A DNA stretch of 60,602 bases, counting the filler, from Sphacelaria rigidula (Eukaryota), in assembly GCA_964200075.2 (NCBI GenBank). It is 9 parts of 9 records of this genome, joined end to end, with 100 filler letters (N's around TTAATTAATTAA, not from the genome) between each part and the next. Parts side by side here need not be neighbours in the genome. Positions count along the whole stretch, not along the records: positions 1 to 6,645 come from CAXNAA020018858.1; positions 6,746 to 13,390 come from CAXNAA020018859.1; positions 13,491 to 20,135 come from CAXNAA020018860.1; 6 more parts are not named here. One strand, written 5' to 3'. The position numbers were made by a program, and so were the translations under genes. Shown piece by piece: positions 1 through 13,719 of the stretch. Each line of letters begins with the position of its first letter. The first letter of the stretch is position 1. A model generated the notes under the pieces. That model worked only from the letters and a program-made list of their open reading frames with translations, made no database searches and was not told the DNA's origin.

Positions 1-3000
1 GTGTTGGATCGTCTGACGCACCTAGGAGCCCATTTTCTCGTGGAATCCCCCCCCCCCCCCCCCCTATCGTAAGCATGACTCAGGCGCCCAGAATAAATGG
101 GATGAGAACGGCACACTTTTTCTTTTTTTCCTTTTCCTTGAAGGAATGGAGAAATTCTCAGCCAACACTTAACTCACGAACGGATTCGTGTGCCGATTAC
201 TCGGAGGCTCGGCCGGACCGCCTTGCGGCAGTCATGTGGGGTAGGCGCCTCGACCGTTCGGGAAGCTTTGCTCAAGGCAGCGTGGGAGTTAAACGCACTA
301 AAACCCCCTGTCAACTTGGTGCTGTGCACATACCGACCTACTCTTATGACCTTCGACCCGCACACCTTGGACACTCGGTGGTTCAATAGTTGCAGTAGGG
401 GAAAAGCGTGCCCCGCGGAAAGTATCGAGCCGATTGCTCATGATGCTGGCTCGCTTCTGCACGCAGTACACGTTTTGCCCTTTATGTAGTTGTGCAACTG
501 TAGGATCACCCTTCTTTGTCCCGGGTGTGCATCACTACGGTGTTTGCGGAGACCGAATCCGGGTCTGGTCTTGGAGTTTGTTATACCCCCGAAGTCCAAA
601 GTCCGATGGTTGCGTTTCGCTCGGTTTGGTCTTTTAATAGTAGATGCTATTGGCCAACAGGCGTGACGTGTAGCGTGTAACCGTCCTCCCGACAACACAC
701 ATCACGCCAGCCACCTCGCTGTTCGCGCGAACACCAGGGCACCCGCCCAGAACATGGTGAGTCAACGGGTGATGGTGTGGCAGTGGTGTTTTTTTGGAGT
801 CAGCACGGCAACACATAGCACAAAGAAATAGCATGTTGAGCACAACTTGACACAGACAGCAGTTGACGTGGCGTGTATCCGGTTTGCACAGAAGTTGTTG
901 CAGACCAGGAGAAACATTTTGATCACAAGTCAGAAATCACATGGGCACAAACAAAGTACTTTTTACTCGTGGCCTGTCTTTGCCGCCTGCCTGACCCCTC
1001 TTGTGTTGCCATCACAGCTTCATACTGTAGTATCGTTGTGGAAGACTGAACAGAGACACCAGTAGCGTACAGTAGACTGTGTTCAGTGCAGAACGATGCA
1101 CGCTCACTGTTTCTTGCCGCTGAGTCCAGCGAAGATATACAACATAACATACAAAATACAGACTGACTTTGTCCGCACCTGAGTGCGGGTGGGCGTAAAC
1201 TCGTGAGAGGTCTTCCGGTAGTATTCTCTCTAAATTTGCGGAGCATCCAGGTGAACTCTAGGTAACAGGCAGTAGGTCGTAGTGTAAAGTGTACGTATTA
1301 AGCGCTGTGGTGTTGGGGTGTGTACTCGACGAGGATACGCTGCGAAAGTTCTTCCTGGAAAAGTCTGGAGCGGGACTGTTTGGGTCTTCGCAAGCTACTT
1401 GTGACAGAGTGCTGTTTGTTTGACGAGAACACATTCAATGTAGGAAGAGGGCCGGTCGTGGTTGTGTATCAAAACTTGCTCAATATGGAGTCGTTCATCG
1501 TGACGTGGTCGATAAGACAGGTCTGTTCTGGCCCACCCAAGATCAGAATATCCGTGTCCACACCCAAATCAAGTATGATTCAACCATTAAGTTGCCTCCG
1601 AAGGGGTATAAATCTCTGACTGAAGATCAGCCAACAGTACTGACTGTACGCAACAGCAGGACTCTAGTAACTGTAGTGGTGTTACTTTTCATTTTGATTT
1701 CAGAGTAGTCGCTTATATGCAAGCAATGCAGAGAGTGTTGAGCACAACTTGACACAAACAGCGATTAGCGCGAACAACGTACAACCGCAGTTAATCACCA
1801 CAGCGGCGATTGATTGGTTTTGGACCCCCAAAGCGTGTACAGAGACATGCGGCTACATATCAAGTTTGCTGACTACTTCTGAGGCTTGAGCAACTCCCGA
1901 GGTCACGGCCGTGACAACAAGACACCCTGGGCAAACAACCTGCATCGGAAAAAAAGTGTACTGCGTACCAGAGCAACAGTGTCTCCGCTCCTACACTGGA
2001 CGTGGTACACTTCTATTCATGTAGTCTACTGTCGAGGGTGCGCCCTGACGTCGTGATGTGCTTTCCTTCGCCGGCTTTTGGGGGCGATTACAGCAGATCC
2101 GCGCAGCTTTCTGCTCTCGGCATGGCTTCAAGTGTCACTCGCTATGCACGTACCAACTCTCCAACACTGTCAAGCACAACGGGGCATACACTGGTCGGGA
2201 GACCGACCTTGGGGAACACTGTCCAACGTTATCAGAAAGTAGCGATACGACTCTGTACCTTTGTCTGAAAATCTAGCCGCGTATGAAATCAGACACCCCT
2301 AGATTTTCGACATTTTGCCGCCGACGAAGTCAGAGGAATCGAAAAGTATGAAAAAAAAAAAAAACGTCTCCTGCTGTATCGCATGCTTGCTCCCTTCTCC
2401 TGCTCTGAACTTCCGCGCAAGCCGGGTACACGTCACGTTTGTTTTATGTTGCTCTTGCCACTCGCTGTCTGTGTCAAGCTGTGCTCAACACTCTTTCTTT
2501 CTGCATATACTGCTGTGCTGACTTCATGAGAACACCAGTCGCACAAACCGTTCTCGGCGTGTGGTCCGGTGTGCGCCCTATGCGTGATGATGGAGCTGGT
2601 GTGGCATGTGCCGGGGGGACGGAAAACCCTTCGGGCCTGTCGGCCAATAGCATCTACATCTGAAAGACCAAACCGAGGGAAGACCGAAACTATCTTTTTG
2701 CTGCGGACTTTGTGGGCAAATATGCTTGCCAAAACACCGTACTGGTAAGGATCCAGCGGACTTGGGATTCTTGGCCAGTAGGAAAGACCGAGCCCGACAC
2801 TCAAATTTGGCCTTCACATCACCACAGTTGGTGGGGTCTTGAAAAGCTAGTCATTGAAACCAAATCGGGTTACAGTCCGGTCATGCTCTGGACGTGAAGA
2901 CCAGACCTGAATTTGGTCTGCGCAAACACCCGACTGTCTCAAGTACGGAATCGGCTAGAATCTTTAGTGGTGGACAACTGGGAGAGAAAACTATAATACG

Positions 3001-3097
3001 GGTATACTAATGACAAAAATGGCAACCGAAATGCTTGTATATGTGAAGAGACAACTCTGTCGTGGGTGATGGTGGGGGATTATCCGCACTGCTGCAG

Positions 3098-6000
3098 GCA
3101 TGCCACCGAAGCGGAGGAAAGGCAGCGCGTTATCAACAAGCAGAGGGCGTTGGATGCCAAGCAAGTGAAGCAGCTTCGAGGGGAGGCCAAGCGACGGCGC
3201 GAGCAGGTAGATCCGTGGAAAAACTCACGTGTTGGGGAGAAGTTTTTGTTTCGTTTTTTGGTAGGAGGGAATTGAACGAAAAACGAGATACAATATGGCA
3301 AGGGTGTGTTGTGTAGGGTAAACTATCGGGGTATTTTCTCTCCCGAATTTCGCGTTTCGATGGTCCGATCTACAAACTCTAATAACCAAATATTGGGTAA
3401 AGCCCTTGGATTTTTTCCTTCTTTTTTTTTTTCTTGTTTTTTTATTCTCCTTTTTTTGTTCTAGACCGACCATTTCTTCCTGTGCTTTGCTTTTCTTGAT
3501 TTCTTTTTCATTTTTTTACGTCTCAGTCTACCATGTCGTTCTGTTCGACTTTATCTGTTCCTTCTTCATTTTCCTCAGCGAGCGTTTCAGTTTTGTTCTG
3601 TCTTGGGTACGTGTATCATGTGACCACGGCTGGATCCCTGGAGGATGACTTGATGTGCGACAATTTATCAATCGATCAATCAAGATCAATGGGTAAAGTT
3701 GGGTATGATCGCATTGCCCTACCCAGTATCTGGGTATTGCTGAGTATGATCTCAATACGAGTTTTGGGTGCTTAATTGCAATCTTTGACGAAGCAAATAA
3801 AAACATATATATTTATCTTGAACTAAATGAATAAATAATGTACAATTTTTCGATATTATTAAATGTGATACTAATTGATCATGATGATTCTCCTACTGAA
3901 AGGTTAAAAAATAATAGCAATACTCTTATTATATAATATATAATATATAATGTATATGAGATTGCGTTTCAAAATACCCAAATGTACGAAATACGCTACC
4001 CAGCACAACCTTGCAAGATTGTTAGTCCCGAGGGGGAAAAGGGTATGGGGCCAGGAGGGGGGGAGGGGGGTAGTCAAATAAGGCACCGAGTAGAGTCTGG
4101 TGGAAATATCGTCAAGCATATTCAGCAGGGAAGAGCCCGGTTATTGCGACCATTTTCGGCATAGTGCGCATACCAGGGTGGCTCGCTCTTGACTCGAAGC
4201 GAGAGCATAGATACACCCTATCAATACCAACTGCTAGTGTGTTGCACTATCATATTGTTCTAGCACTTGAAGAAATATCGAGGGTTGTGGGTCTAAAAGG
4301 TTGAAATCCCATGGACACCAAGAAGGCCCGTGACTAGTGACTAGACCTGTGACAGTTCGCTTCGTCTCGCGTCGTGTTCTCCCTCCTCACAACCCTTCCT
4401 CTTTTCGTATGTTGATGTTTCAGGAGCTGGCGATTTGGCAAGAACAGAGGGACGAGGCCAAGCAACGCAAGGCGCCCGGCGCGTCGCGAAGCAGCAGTGG
4501 CGCTGTGCGTGAGGGGAAGGTGGCGATGGGGTTAACGGACGAGGCGACCGGGCGAGACGAGAATGATGCGAAGCCCGCCGCTGAGGTCGGTTAATTAGAT
4601 TGACTAGATTGATTTTAATCGCATGTTGACTGATCCCGGTGGGATCCAGTCGTGGCAGTGGTTGATGTGGTCATCTTCCAGAGCGGTCTGAGGGAGCTGT
4701 AGGCCGTACTGCAGTCGTACATATGGGGTCGCGGAGAGTGGTTCAGGCACAAAAGGAAACGCGTATTGGAGGGTGTCGGAGAAGAGCACGATGAAAAGGA
4801 AGAGCGTGGGCATCTGTTGTCGTGTAAACACAGTGTTCCCCCCATTGTATTCTGTATATGTAGAATGGGCATGACAAAAACGTGTGCATATGGGACTTAC
4901 TCCAAAGCCAGATGAGGGTTGTCGGAGAAAGTTTTGATGTACTATGTTGTGTGTGAGCTTGATCGATAGAGAATTCGGTCTTGGAGCCGGCATGTGTATG
5001 TGTACACACCTTGGCTTTATTGGGGTTGTGGTTCATGACTAAATCAGTGAAATGATGGGAGTATTGGGGAGGGGGCGAGGAGTGACTGCTGAGCTTGAAT
5101 GCCCTGTTGGGTTTTCGACCTGAATCGTTGTATGTCAACACACGGATCAAGGAATGGAAGGAATCTGCTGTGTGTCCGTGTGTTACAGTATCGTCGCACT
5201 GTGCCGTTTCGCTTATTCGTTGCTCGTCTTACTTATCGTGTCCCTGTCGCTGTTCTATCGTCGTTACGTGTCGCGCACACGGCGACACGCAACACTGCAC
5301 AACAACAGGCAGTCGTGGTGATGAGACTCCCCGACGGCGCTACCGTGAAGAATTCGTTTGGTTGCGCTGCATCTCTCGCGGACGTTGTGGCCTGGCTCCA
5401 CGCAAGCGATCCAAGTGCAGGTGAAGTTCTTGAGGATTGAGTTTTGAGTTCAAGTTTGAGTTCTATTTATTTTTTGTTTTGGCCTGTTTTGTTGCAACGC
5501 AAAGCAGACGTAGCAATGTGTGCGTGTTTTTTTTGTTTTTGTTTTCGTGTGTAGTGTAGTCGCATGCAGTAAGTAGATGGTATTTTCAAGTGACCGGAAG
5601 TACTAGAAAGACGACGTGGATAATTTTCTTCCGAAACAGTCGACGTTCTCACCGTATCCCCGTATTAAGGCTACAGAAACTCCGAAATAGTTGGAGACTC
5701 CGGCGAGGGCGTCGTCCCCGCGGATACGCACAAACTCTAATGGAAGGCAAAAAAGAACCCAGGATAGGGAAGTAACATCTTCCGGAACTTCACATCTGCT
5801 GTCTGCTGTCCTCCGGGTACTGTTCTGGATTCACTCAGAGCGACATACAATAGCTGGTAATTTGTATTTTGCACTCTAATAGCCGTGGTGTTTATTCGCG
5901 CGCACTTTCGGTGTTGAGATTATGTTGCAGTGGCTGTTGATACGATTAAAACGATTTCGTTGGAGCGATGTACAGTATATGTGTCCGAACTGTTAGCGGA

Positions 6001-6547
6001 ATGGAGGACGGAGAAGAAGAAGACGAAGAGGCGTTTTGCTTCCGGGGACGTACGTGACTTATCCAGATAGTTTTCACCAACACAGTTTCACAATATATAT
6101 TTTCTTGTAATGGGGTCATCTATGTTTCTATGTCATGTTCCACGCACATACCAAGCACACACACGTGACTTATCCAGATAGTTTTCACCAACACAGTTTC
6201 ACAATATGTGTTTTCTTGTAATGGGGTCATCTATGTTTTTATGTCATGTTCCACGCACATACCAAGCACACACATGCACGCACACACACATATATACACA
6301 TACACATACACACGAAGGGATTCCCCCCCCCCTCTACCCCCCCCTACCCCCCCCCCCCCCCTACATTGTCGTCCGTGGACTGCCGGCCTGTCGTGTACAT
6401 TGATGCAGGGAAGCTGCAGGGGAAAGCCGTGGAGCTACGGATCCCTTTCCCACCTCCCGGCCGCGTCGTGACGGGCGCCGAGCTGAGCGATGCTACCGTG
6501 GAGAGCGTTGGGCTTGCTCCTCGCGGACGAGTCATGGTTCAGTTCAG
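3098..6547 (+). CDS. UBX domain-containing protein, partial; exons 3098-3206, 4424-4585, 5309-5420, 6409-6547
   Basis: Four AG/GT-bounded exons with consistent phases. They give a charged coiled-coil region (EAEERQRVINKQRALDAKQVKQLRGEAKRRREQELAIWQEQRDEAKQRK) and then AVVVMRLPDGATVKNSFGCAASLADVVAWL...VELRIPFPPPGRVVTGAELSDATVESVGLAPRGRVMVQF. This carries the RLPDG, FP-loop and GLxP motifs of UBX domains. Confidence 0.85.
3400..3690 (+). repeat. Dispersed repeat, probable LINE/SINE 3' end with a (CAAT)n-like tail; related copies at ~4597-4660 (-), ~31600-31770 (+), ~55840-56140 (+)
   Basis: A T-rich tract followed by the shared motif ATCATGYGACCACGGCTGGA and CAATCAATC-type tails, on several contigs. 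Confidence 0.6.
6052..6274 (+). repeat. Tandem duplication of a 111-bp intronic unit
   Basis: ACGTGACTTATCCAGATAG...CCAAGCACACACA occurs at 6052 and 6163 with only a few substitutions. Confidence 0.95.
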
Positions 6548-6645
6548 GTTGGTAACCCTTTTGCATCTGTTGCATGGTCAGGAAGGGATGATGAGGGTGG
6601 CCGGGGGTGGGGGGGGGCGTACTCATTTGTTGCTTGGCTTAGTCG

Positions 6646-6745
6646 NNNNNNNNNNNNNNNNNNNNNNNNNNNNNNNNNNNNNNNNNNNNTTAATTAATTA
6701 ANNNNNNNNNNNNNNNNNNNNNNNNNNNNNNNNNNNNNNNNNNNN
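6646..6745. other. Artificial contig-joining spacer (first of eight; others at 13391-13490, 20136-20235, 26881-26980, 33626-33725, 40371-40470, 47115-47214, 53859-53958)
   Basis: Identical 100-nt N44-TTAATTAATTAA-N44 blocks with stops in all frames. The intervening segments are 6645 or 6644 bp, consistent with length-sorted concatenated contigs. Confidence 0.98.
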
Positions 6746-6759
6746 GGTGATTGAGTGCG

Positions 6760-7953
6760 AGTCTGGTCTGGAGAACACCCGGCGTGCTCCGTCCCGGCTT
6801 TGTAGGGATACGCGGTCAATGACCTGATGACTACGGCATGCATGATCATGAGCACACCTCCCCCTTTCGGGCTGTGCGGAATGCAGGAAAGCTGCTGCAG
6901 AAACACTATTTCCTCTTTCTCGACTAGCATACGCAATTGAACTACGTCTTCACCTGGTAGAGATCGCCCGCGCGTAAGCAGCTGGAAACCGGGGAGATGT
7001 TGTGTGTCAATTCTCTTGGTGGTCGTGGGAGGCGGGTGTTGACCACTGGATTATGAATTTCGACCGTCGCTGTGGATTGGAACAAGCTTTACCTTCGCAC
7101 GTTGTGCGTCATGCTTTTGATGCCAGAGCCCTTTGATAGACCCTAGACGGAAACGCAAAAAGCGTATGAGTAGTGGCGGATTGCTCGCGTTGAAGACGTC
7201 GTATTACGCGAGTGAGGGGACACGGGACGCCGGATGTCGCGGAAAGGGCGTCGTCGGGAGTTGTTCGTTGTCGCCGAAAGTGTTCTGCTTGTTTTCTAAG
7301 TACGGCATCTCCACGACCCCAGCGGTGAAGCAGGGATCGAGCACGGATTTCTAACGTACGTCCTGTATCATATTCCCCTGTGTCCCCCTTGTTCAGAGGA
7401 GTGCAGTCGTGGGCTTGTGTGCGAGTGCTTGACGACAGCCCCTCATGCATCTTCGAGTAGTAGATAGAAGCGATGGCGGAGAATTCGCGTGGTTTCTTGT
7501 CCTGTATTCTCCAAAGTAAGTGGGTGGATCATCGATCGACTCTCGGTTCATGGTATCCCTGCGGTGCACACGGTGTGCGGTACTGGTCAAGTGCGACACG
7601 GTAGCGTCTGGTGGTTGTTTTTCTCGGTTTCGCTCGGGAAAAGGCATATGGGTCCCCGAAACGGCGGTGCGGTGCGATGCGGTACAGGGCCGGGCGACTA
7701 TGGTTTCTATCGTGTCGAGGTTACAGTGTTGCGATTACCACGGTGATCAGAAACCTCGGTAGCCCACCGCGGTAGTCGCAGCTCTACGTATGCCGTGGGT
7801 AAAAGTGGACAGTACGCATTCATGTACACGTTGGAGAGTTTCGGGGGGAGGCGGGGTGTACTCACGATCCTGCATGCCGTAGTCATATGACCATTGGCCT
7901 TCCATCCCTACGAAGCCGGGACGGAGCACGCCGGGTTTTCGCCGGACTAGGCT
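6760..7953. mobile_element. ~1.2-kb element with ~105-bp terminal inverted repeats (putative non-autonomous DNA transposon)
   Basis: 6760-6864 (AGTCTGGTCTGGAGAACACCCGGCGTGCTCCGTCCCGGC...ATGACTACGGCATGCA...) matches the reverse complement of 7845-7953. The same terminus recurs at 33726-33753 on another contig. No clear TSD. Confidence 0.7.
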
Positions 7954-10900
7954 GGAGCCCCGGGGGCGTGGATGGTTTTCGGGATGGGATGAAGAATAGG
8001 GATATGGTTTGTCAACCCCTACATGTGACTGGCGAGAAATCATGCGGTGGAAGGGTCCGATATCATGTGGCTGTGTGCAGCAGAACAGTACTTATGTTTC
8101 CTCAAAAGATCCGGCGCCATACGTTCCCTGCAGTACTTGTCAAACAAATATGCCAAGCAGAATCGTTGATGAAAAGGGAGGGGGGGGGGGAGGCGGTTGG
8201 GGGCGTGGTCTGAAGTCACGACTTTGGCGTCGGCATGACCATCCACACGCGTACTGGATGGGCTAGATCTTTTCAGCCCAGCTCAGTAGTGTTCACCACT
8301 TGGTCGATATACAGAACTTCCTTGGAAATGCATGGTGTTATGATGTGAAAACGTTGGGATGTTGACGCCACGTTTCGGCAGCCGTTTCAGTCAGTGCCCC
8401 TTGCCACAGTCCGGAACGAAATTCACCGCTTTTCAAGGCGAGCTATTCGTACTACACAGAGCTGGCACATCAACGCTCACAAACATGGAAGACACCGCGC
8501 GGCGTCCTTGCTGCTGCTGGATTTGCTAGGTTGCTGCAGTGCATTTAATGTATGCGGCACAATCTGCGCATGCACTTAGTTTGGAGCTGTATTCTGTTGA
8601 GTGCGGGAAGGGTCAACCGTTCGTCGCATAACTCTGGCACACGGCAGCTTCTTTATTTTCACGCCCACTGGTTCAACTCGATGTAAGACGATAACTGTGA
8701 ACTGCAGACGGTCCTGCTGGTGAAACAAGTTGCGGCTGTTCGACTGGTGAAGCTCCAGTGATGCCGTTTTCGTGTTACATTCAACGCAGTGGGTACAACC
8801 CATATGGGATACTGACACTGACTTTATACTGCTCCCTGGTGTTGTTTGTTGGTGCATAACTCATGTTTGTGTCCCCGCGATCGCAAACCCCCGTGACGCG
8901 AACGTACAAGAAATGGAGGGTGTATAGTCCACACGTGATCGAGTTCTGAGGGCAAGGTTCACAAGCTCCTCCTAGACGTCGGTTCTGAAGCCTAGAGTGG
9001 GCGTCGAAATATGTGAACCACGAGCTGGGCCAGCGGCAAACCCCGCATTTGCATCTCACACCACAACTTCTCAGGTTTCCCAAGGCAGCCCGACTTAACA
9101 AAATCACTGTTGACTGCAGACCAACCTGGTCACGCACGGCACCGCCGCTGGTCGATTGGCGCAGTTTTGGCGATGCTGTTTTTGTACTATATTTAGTACT
9201 AGGTACGTCTCGTGTCATTGCGTGATAACGTGTCTGGAGACGCTTTGTTCCACAAAATGCGGTGGAATTACGATAGACACTTGCGCCACACAAGCACGCG
9301 AACACCCGATATGCGCAGGCAAAAGCACACAAGTGGTGCTGCAAGATGGCATCAAACTCGTCAACAGCTCCATAATGGGAGAGGACCTCCGAGCTGACTG
9401 TCATGTATCACTGTAAGAGGGAGAAGTACTACTTGAAACGGCGCTCTACCCCCCCGCCCCCCAAATGCAACACCGTCACCAAAATATCCTGACCCTTTGC
9501 AACTCAGGAGGAAGCAGAGATTGTGTACGATTAGATTATGCACAAAAAAAAAAAAAAATGTCGGCATTCTAAGTCGTGACCTGTGTAACTGGAGGCTGTT
9601 GTATCAGTTTGACCACCGGGGCGCAGCCGTGTCACACGAAAGGGGCCCGCCTGCTCAATTTGAGGATTTTTTTGTCGAAATTTCACCAGGATCTCTTGAA
9701 CGCAAGCACGCACAACATTTCCGGGGATGCCGACGTATTTCTTTTATTTCACGGAGTTACGGCATTTCCACGGGTTTTGCTGAAACTTCAAATCGCTCTC
9801 ACGGTCTCTTGTTTATTTGTTTCCTTGGCATCCCTCGACATGTTGTGCGAGTTGATGGTTGAATACTGTTTTGGCGAATTTGAGGTGGGAAAATAACCTA
9901 GCCCGTGATCCGAGTCACTACACGAAGAAGCAACATTGAGGTAGCCCAAAAGCTGTCCGACGTGTGAACATGTTCGTTTTTTATTTTTTGAGGATTTGCG
10001 ATTCGCTTTTCATTCCGTAGCGTTTTCGATCCCCTCCAAGTTTCCAAGATTGTTTATTCTCCCTCTTTTTCTGGATAAAATTCTCATCTTCGGACCTTCA
10101 GCCACGTTCCGCATTTTGACGGTGACCTTGTGTGAAATTTCAGTTGGTGAATCCCTGACCTCAGCTGTGCATATGTTGTGAAGCAAAGAAATGGCGCTTG
10201 GCTGGCGTAACTGTGAATCCTTCTGAAGTGAGCCGTACCCACGATCAGTAATTGGCTTCAAGAAGAATAATGGAATGGGCAACCCTATTAAAGGAAGTAT
10301 ACGCAAACAATTGACAAGAAATTTCTCTACTAGATGGTAAAGCCGCAAGAGGATGTTCGCCAGAGTCGTGAAGATATTGAGGGATTTTGCTGATTTATGG
10401 ACAATAATACTTCGCCTCTTTTCAGGATTCAAAAATGGCTGCAACTTTTTGTACCTTATTTCCCTTAAGCACCTCGGTCACTCTCTGCGCATCAGTAGTT
10501 CAGATATCCCGAATACCGCAGTCAGTGCTAAATGTAGCAGTACTAGTACCGTAGCATCGACCCTCTCGATCGTGAGCGTCGATAAGTGTTTTTTCTGCAC
10601 AGGCAACCGTAGCTTGGAGGCACGAGCAGAACCATCGCTCGTGATCTCTACAACACCAAGCGTTTATGAAAAAAGTCACAGTAATCCTACGGAACCTATC
10701 AAAAGATCGCACGAAGGGCTTCGAACAGGAGCACCGCCCGCAACTCCACATTCTCATTTAGCTTCCCATTTGATGCTGTTTGGGGTGCCTCGTGGCGTTT
10801 TACACGAGGCGACCCACCGACCTGCAGTTGATGGCCTGGTTCTCGAGCTCATCGACGAGAGCCACCACAAAAGCGAAAGCCACCAAAGGACGCAATAATT

Positions 10901-12459
10901 TCTATTTCTCCCCTTGATTCTGCTCGTGAGGGCTCTCAGATTGACGCCGGCTGACCCGTCACCTCACAGCATGGATGAGGGTCCCAAACCCCACCCCACC
11001 ATGTAGATTGCGCACTGCGCAAGTGGTATGATGGTGGCATACAGCAATATTCAGCATTATATATTTGTGTGTACTTTGAACAAAATTGAAGGAGACGACC
11101 TCTGCTATGTCCACACCTGCTGTTGCCTGCATGCGTTCATCAACGGGTCCTAGTGCCTCAGCGATGAAGTCCACCTTGGCCTACACAAGGAGCAGAAGGA
11201 GATCGCCTTAGATCACACGTTGCGTGAACACTTCCACGAGCATTTGCTTTGTCGCGTACCTGCAAAGACGCACACCCGATCGTTCAGCGGGGGTGACGGA
11301 TATTTACAGATGAACGGAGAAACAGCGCAAGGCGAGACGAATCATCCCTGATTTATGATCCGACAATATGCGGCAACACACTTGGTGGATAAGGTTCATA
11401 CGTGAAATAAAATGAAACGTGCAACTTTCGATAATTTGGGCGGGAGTAATGACACCGTGATGGATATTTTGTCAACGTTGTAGTTTAGCACTTGGAGCCA
11501 ACACCAGGAGACGCCCCCCAAAAGCTAGGAAGTAAAACCGCCACGTGAAGTTTTGTTGGAACAAATGGCGGAGTGGCTGTACCTCCCCAAGTCCTCTGAG
11601 GAATCGATTGCCGATGAAAACAGGAAAGTCCTGTAATCCGGGGGGCGAAGGGGACGTACTCATTTTTGCTTGCCTCGATCGTTCGACTGTTGACCGCGCG
11701 TCCGAGACGGTTCACTAAGCATACAGTCGCTCAATACGAAAACAAGAGCACTTGCCTTCTTGACTGTAGTGCAACATTGCCATACAGTACTACGCTAGGC
11801 AGGTCATACGATCGCGTGCGTTTACGCCCACGCCACGATTGGAATATGTCATTTTGAGGCCTGCGGAGATGGCGCCGTTACATCAATCGCCACAGCAAAC
11901 CCCTGGTTATGTGTAATTGTCGAACTCTATCATGAATATTTTGTCGTCATCGTTTTGGCGGTAGGGACACACTTTCTCAACGACTTTTTTTTTTTGTAAA
12001 CTGGCAGAGAAAAAATATCGAAACTTCCAGTTCTCTGGTTTTGCTGCGATTGTACTGCCGATAGGAAAAAGCTTCGACAAAATCTTCTTGTCGTAAAATG
12101 GCTGAGAAAATACCGAAACGGCCACTACTGAGAAACATCCATACACGACTCGGAGGATGAAACCTCGAAGAAACGACGACCGAATAGGCGACAGATGCCT
12201 CGGTGACTTACGCGTGGCATTGGCATCGGACTGGTGCATCTTCTTCGAGGAACCAGCATTGCTATAGCTTTTAGGAGCACTGGGAGCCTCCACAAGCCCA
12301 TCGCACTTTTCCACCTTGGTCGGCGCACGGTTTCGAACATACCCCACGCACCGTCCGCCGTGCTCGTGATGCAGCACGCATGTAGCAGGTTTTCATCAGC
12401 TGTAGACCAGTGGTGTTAGTATCTTGTGGAACTTCTACAGCAGGCGGTGATAGCGACGG

Positions 12460-13110
12460 GGGCGGCGCCAGGTTTCTTCCCAGCGTTTTGATCACGGACA
12501 TGAAGTCGATTGACGCCGTTGATGCCCGCTTCCCCGCTGTCTCGCCGCTGCCCCCCAACCCTCTTTGCGCTTTTGCTGGAGGCCCTTCGCTAATATTGGC
12601 GAGACCCTCACCGTCCGAGTTCCTTCCACCTCCAAGAGCGGGACTCCCGTCCCCACATTGGCCACCACCGCTGCCGCTGCGCCCGCCCCCTTCACTGTCC
12701 CGGCCCACGACCCTACTCCTCCCGCCGCTGCCACCGCTGCTGCCATCGTCCTCACCAGTGGTTGCAAGAACTCGTGGAGTACCTTTTGTGAGCGGCGCCA
12801 GGTTGTGATTACGACCATGAAGTCGATTGATGCCGTCACCGCCCTCTTCTCCGCTGTCTCGCCGCTGGCTCGTCACTCTCTCTACGGTGTTGCTAGAGTC
12901 CGTCCGCAAACCGTAACAAGACCCCCGCCATCGGAGCTCCCTTCCACAACCTCGTGCTGGACACCCGTCCCTACCTCCCCCACCGCCTCTGCCGGTATGT
13001 GCGCCCCTCCACCGTCGCCTCTTACAACCCCCCTCGTCCCGCCGCTCCCGTCCCCGACCCTGTCCTCGCTCTCACTCCCGCTCACTTTCACTATCGCCAT
13101 CACTGCTATC
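12460..13110. repeat. Two diverged ~317-bp GC-rich tandem units
   Basis: ATGAAGTCGATTGAYGCCGT occurs at 12500 and 12817. Further paired motifs occur at ~12601 and ~12918. Confidence 0.75.
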
Positions 13111-13719
13111 GTTGTCGTTGTGTTCACTCCCTCCCCCGTCGCCGGCTACAAACACCCGCTCACGACCGCTGCCGGCACTGCCGCCGCCGTCGTGCCCCCC
13201 GGCTCCCCCACCACCATGCCCTTCTTCGGGCACCGTCGAACAGCTGCACACATGACACTTCGTAGCGTGAATCAAAAACCGGTTAAGCGCTGGACATCTT
13301 CCGCTCAACGACAGGTTACTGCCGCATCCACTATAACCCCCCCCCCCCGCGCGCGCGCCCGCCCCCCCCCCCCCCCTCCCCCCCCCTGGCNNNNNNNNNN
13401 NNNNNNNNNNNNNNNNNNNNNNNNNNNNNNNNNNTTAATTAATTAANNNNNNNNNNNNNNNNNNNNNNNNNNNNNNNNNNNNNNNNNNNNGCTGCAGCTC
13501 ATGAATTACAGTGTGCCAGCCCCCATATGTGAGACGCCAGCAGCAGCTAAGTCACCGCCAGAGGTATCATGTTTCACTTTGCATGCCAAGAAAGTCTCCA
13601 TGATCGTGGCTTATCTATTACATTCTCCCAACGCCGATGTATGATGTATACGATTGTCCTTGCAGCAAGCCTCTGGCCAAAATCAACGACAGTAACACCC
13701 CCCACACGCGATAGGATCT

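Noticed and set aside
6930..7110. Minus-strand peptide VKLVPIHSDGRNS faintly resembling an OTU Cys loop
   Set aside because: There is no catalytic Cys, a stop follows immediately, and no other OTU motifs are present.
10010..11174. ORFs of 70-180 aa on both strands
   Set aside because: No recognisable domain. This is possibly decayed TE sequence but is not assignable from the sequence alone.
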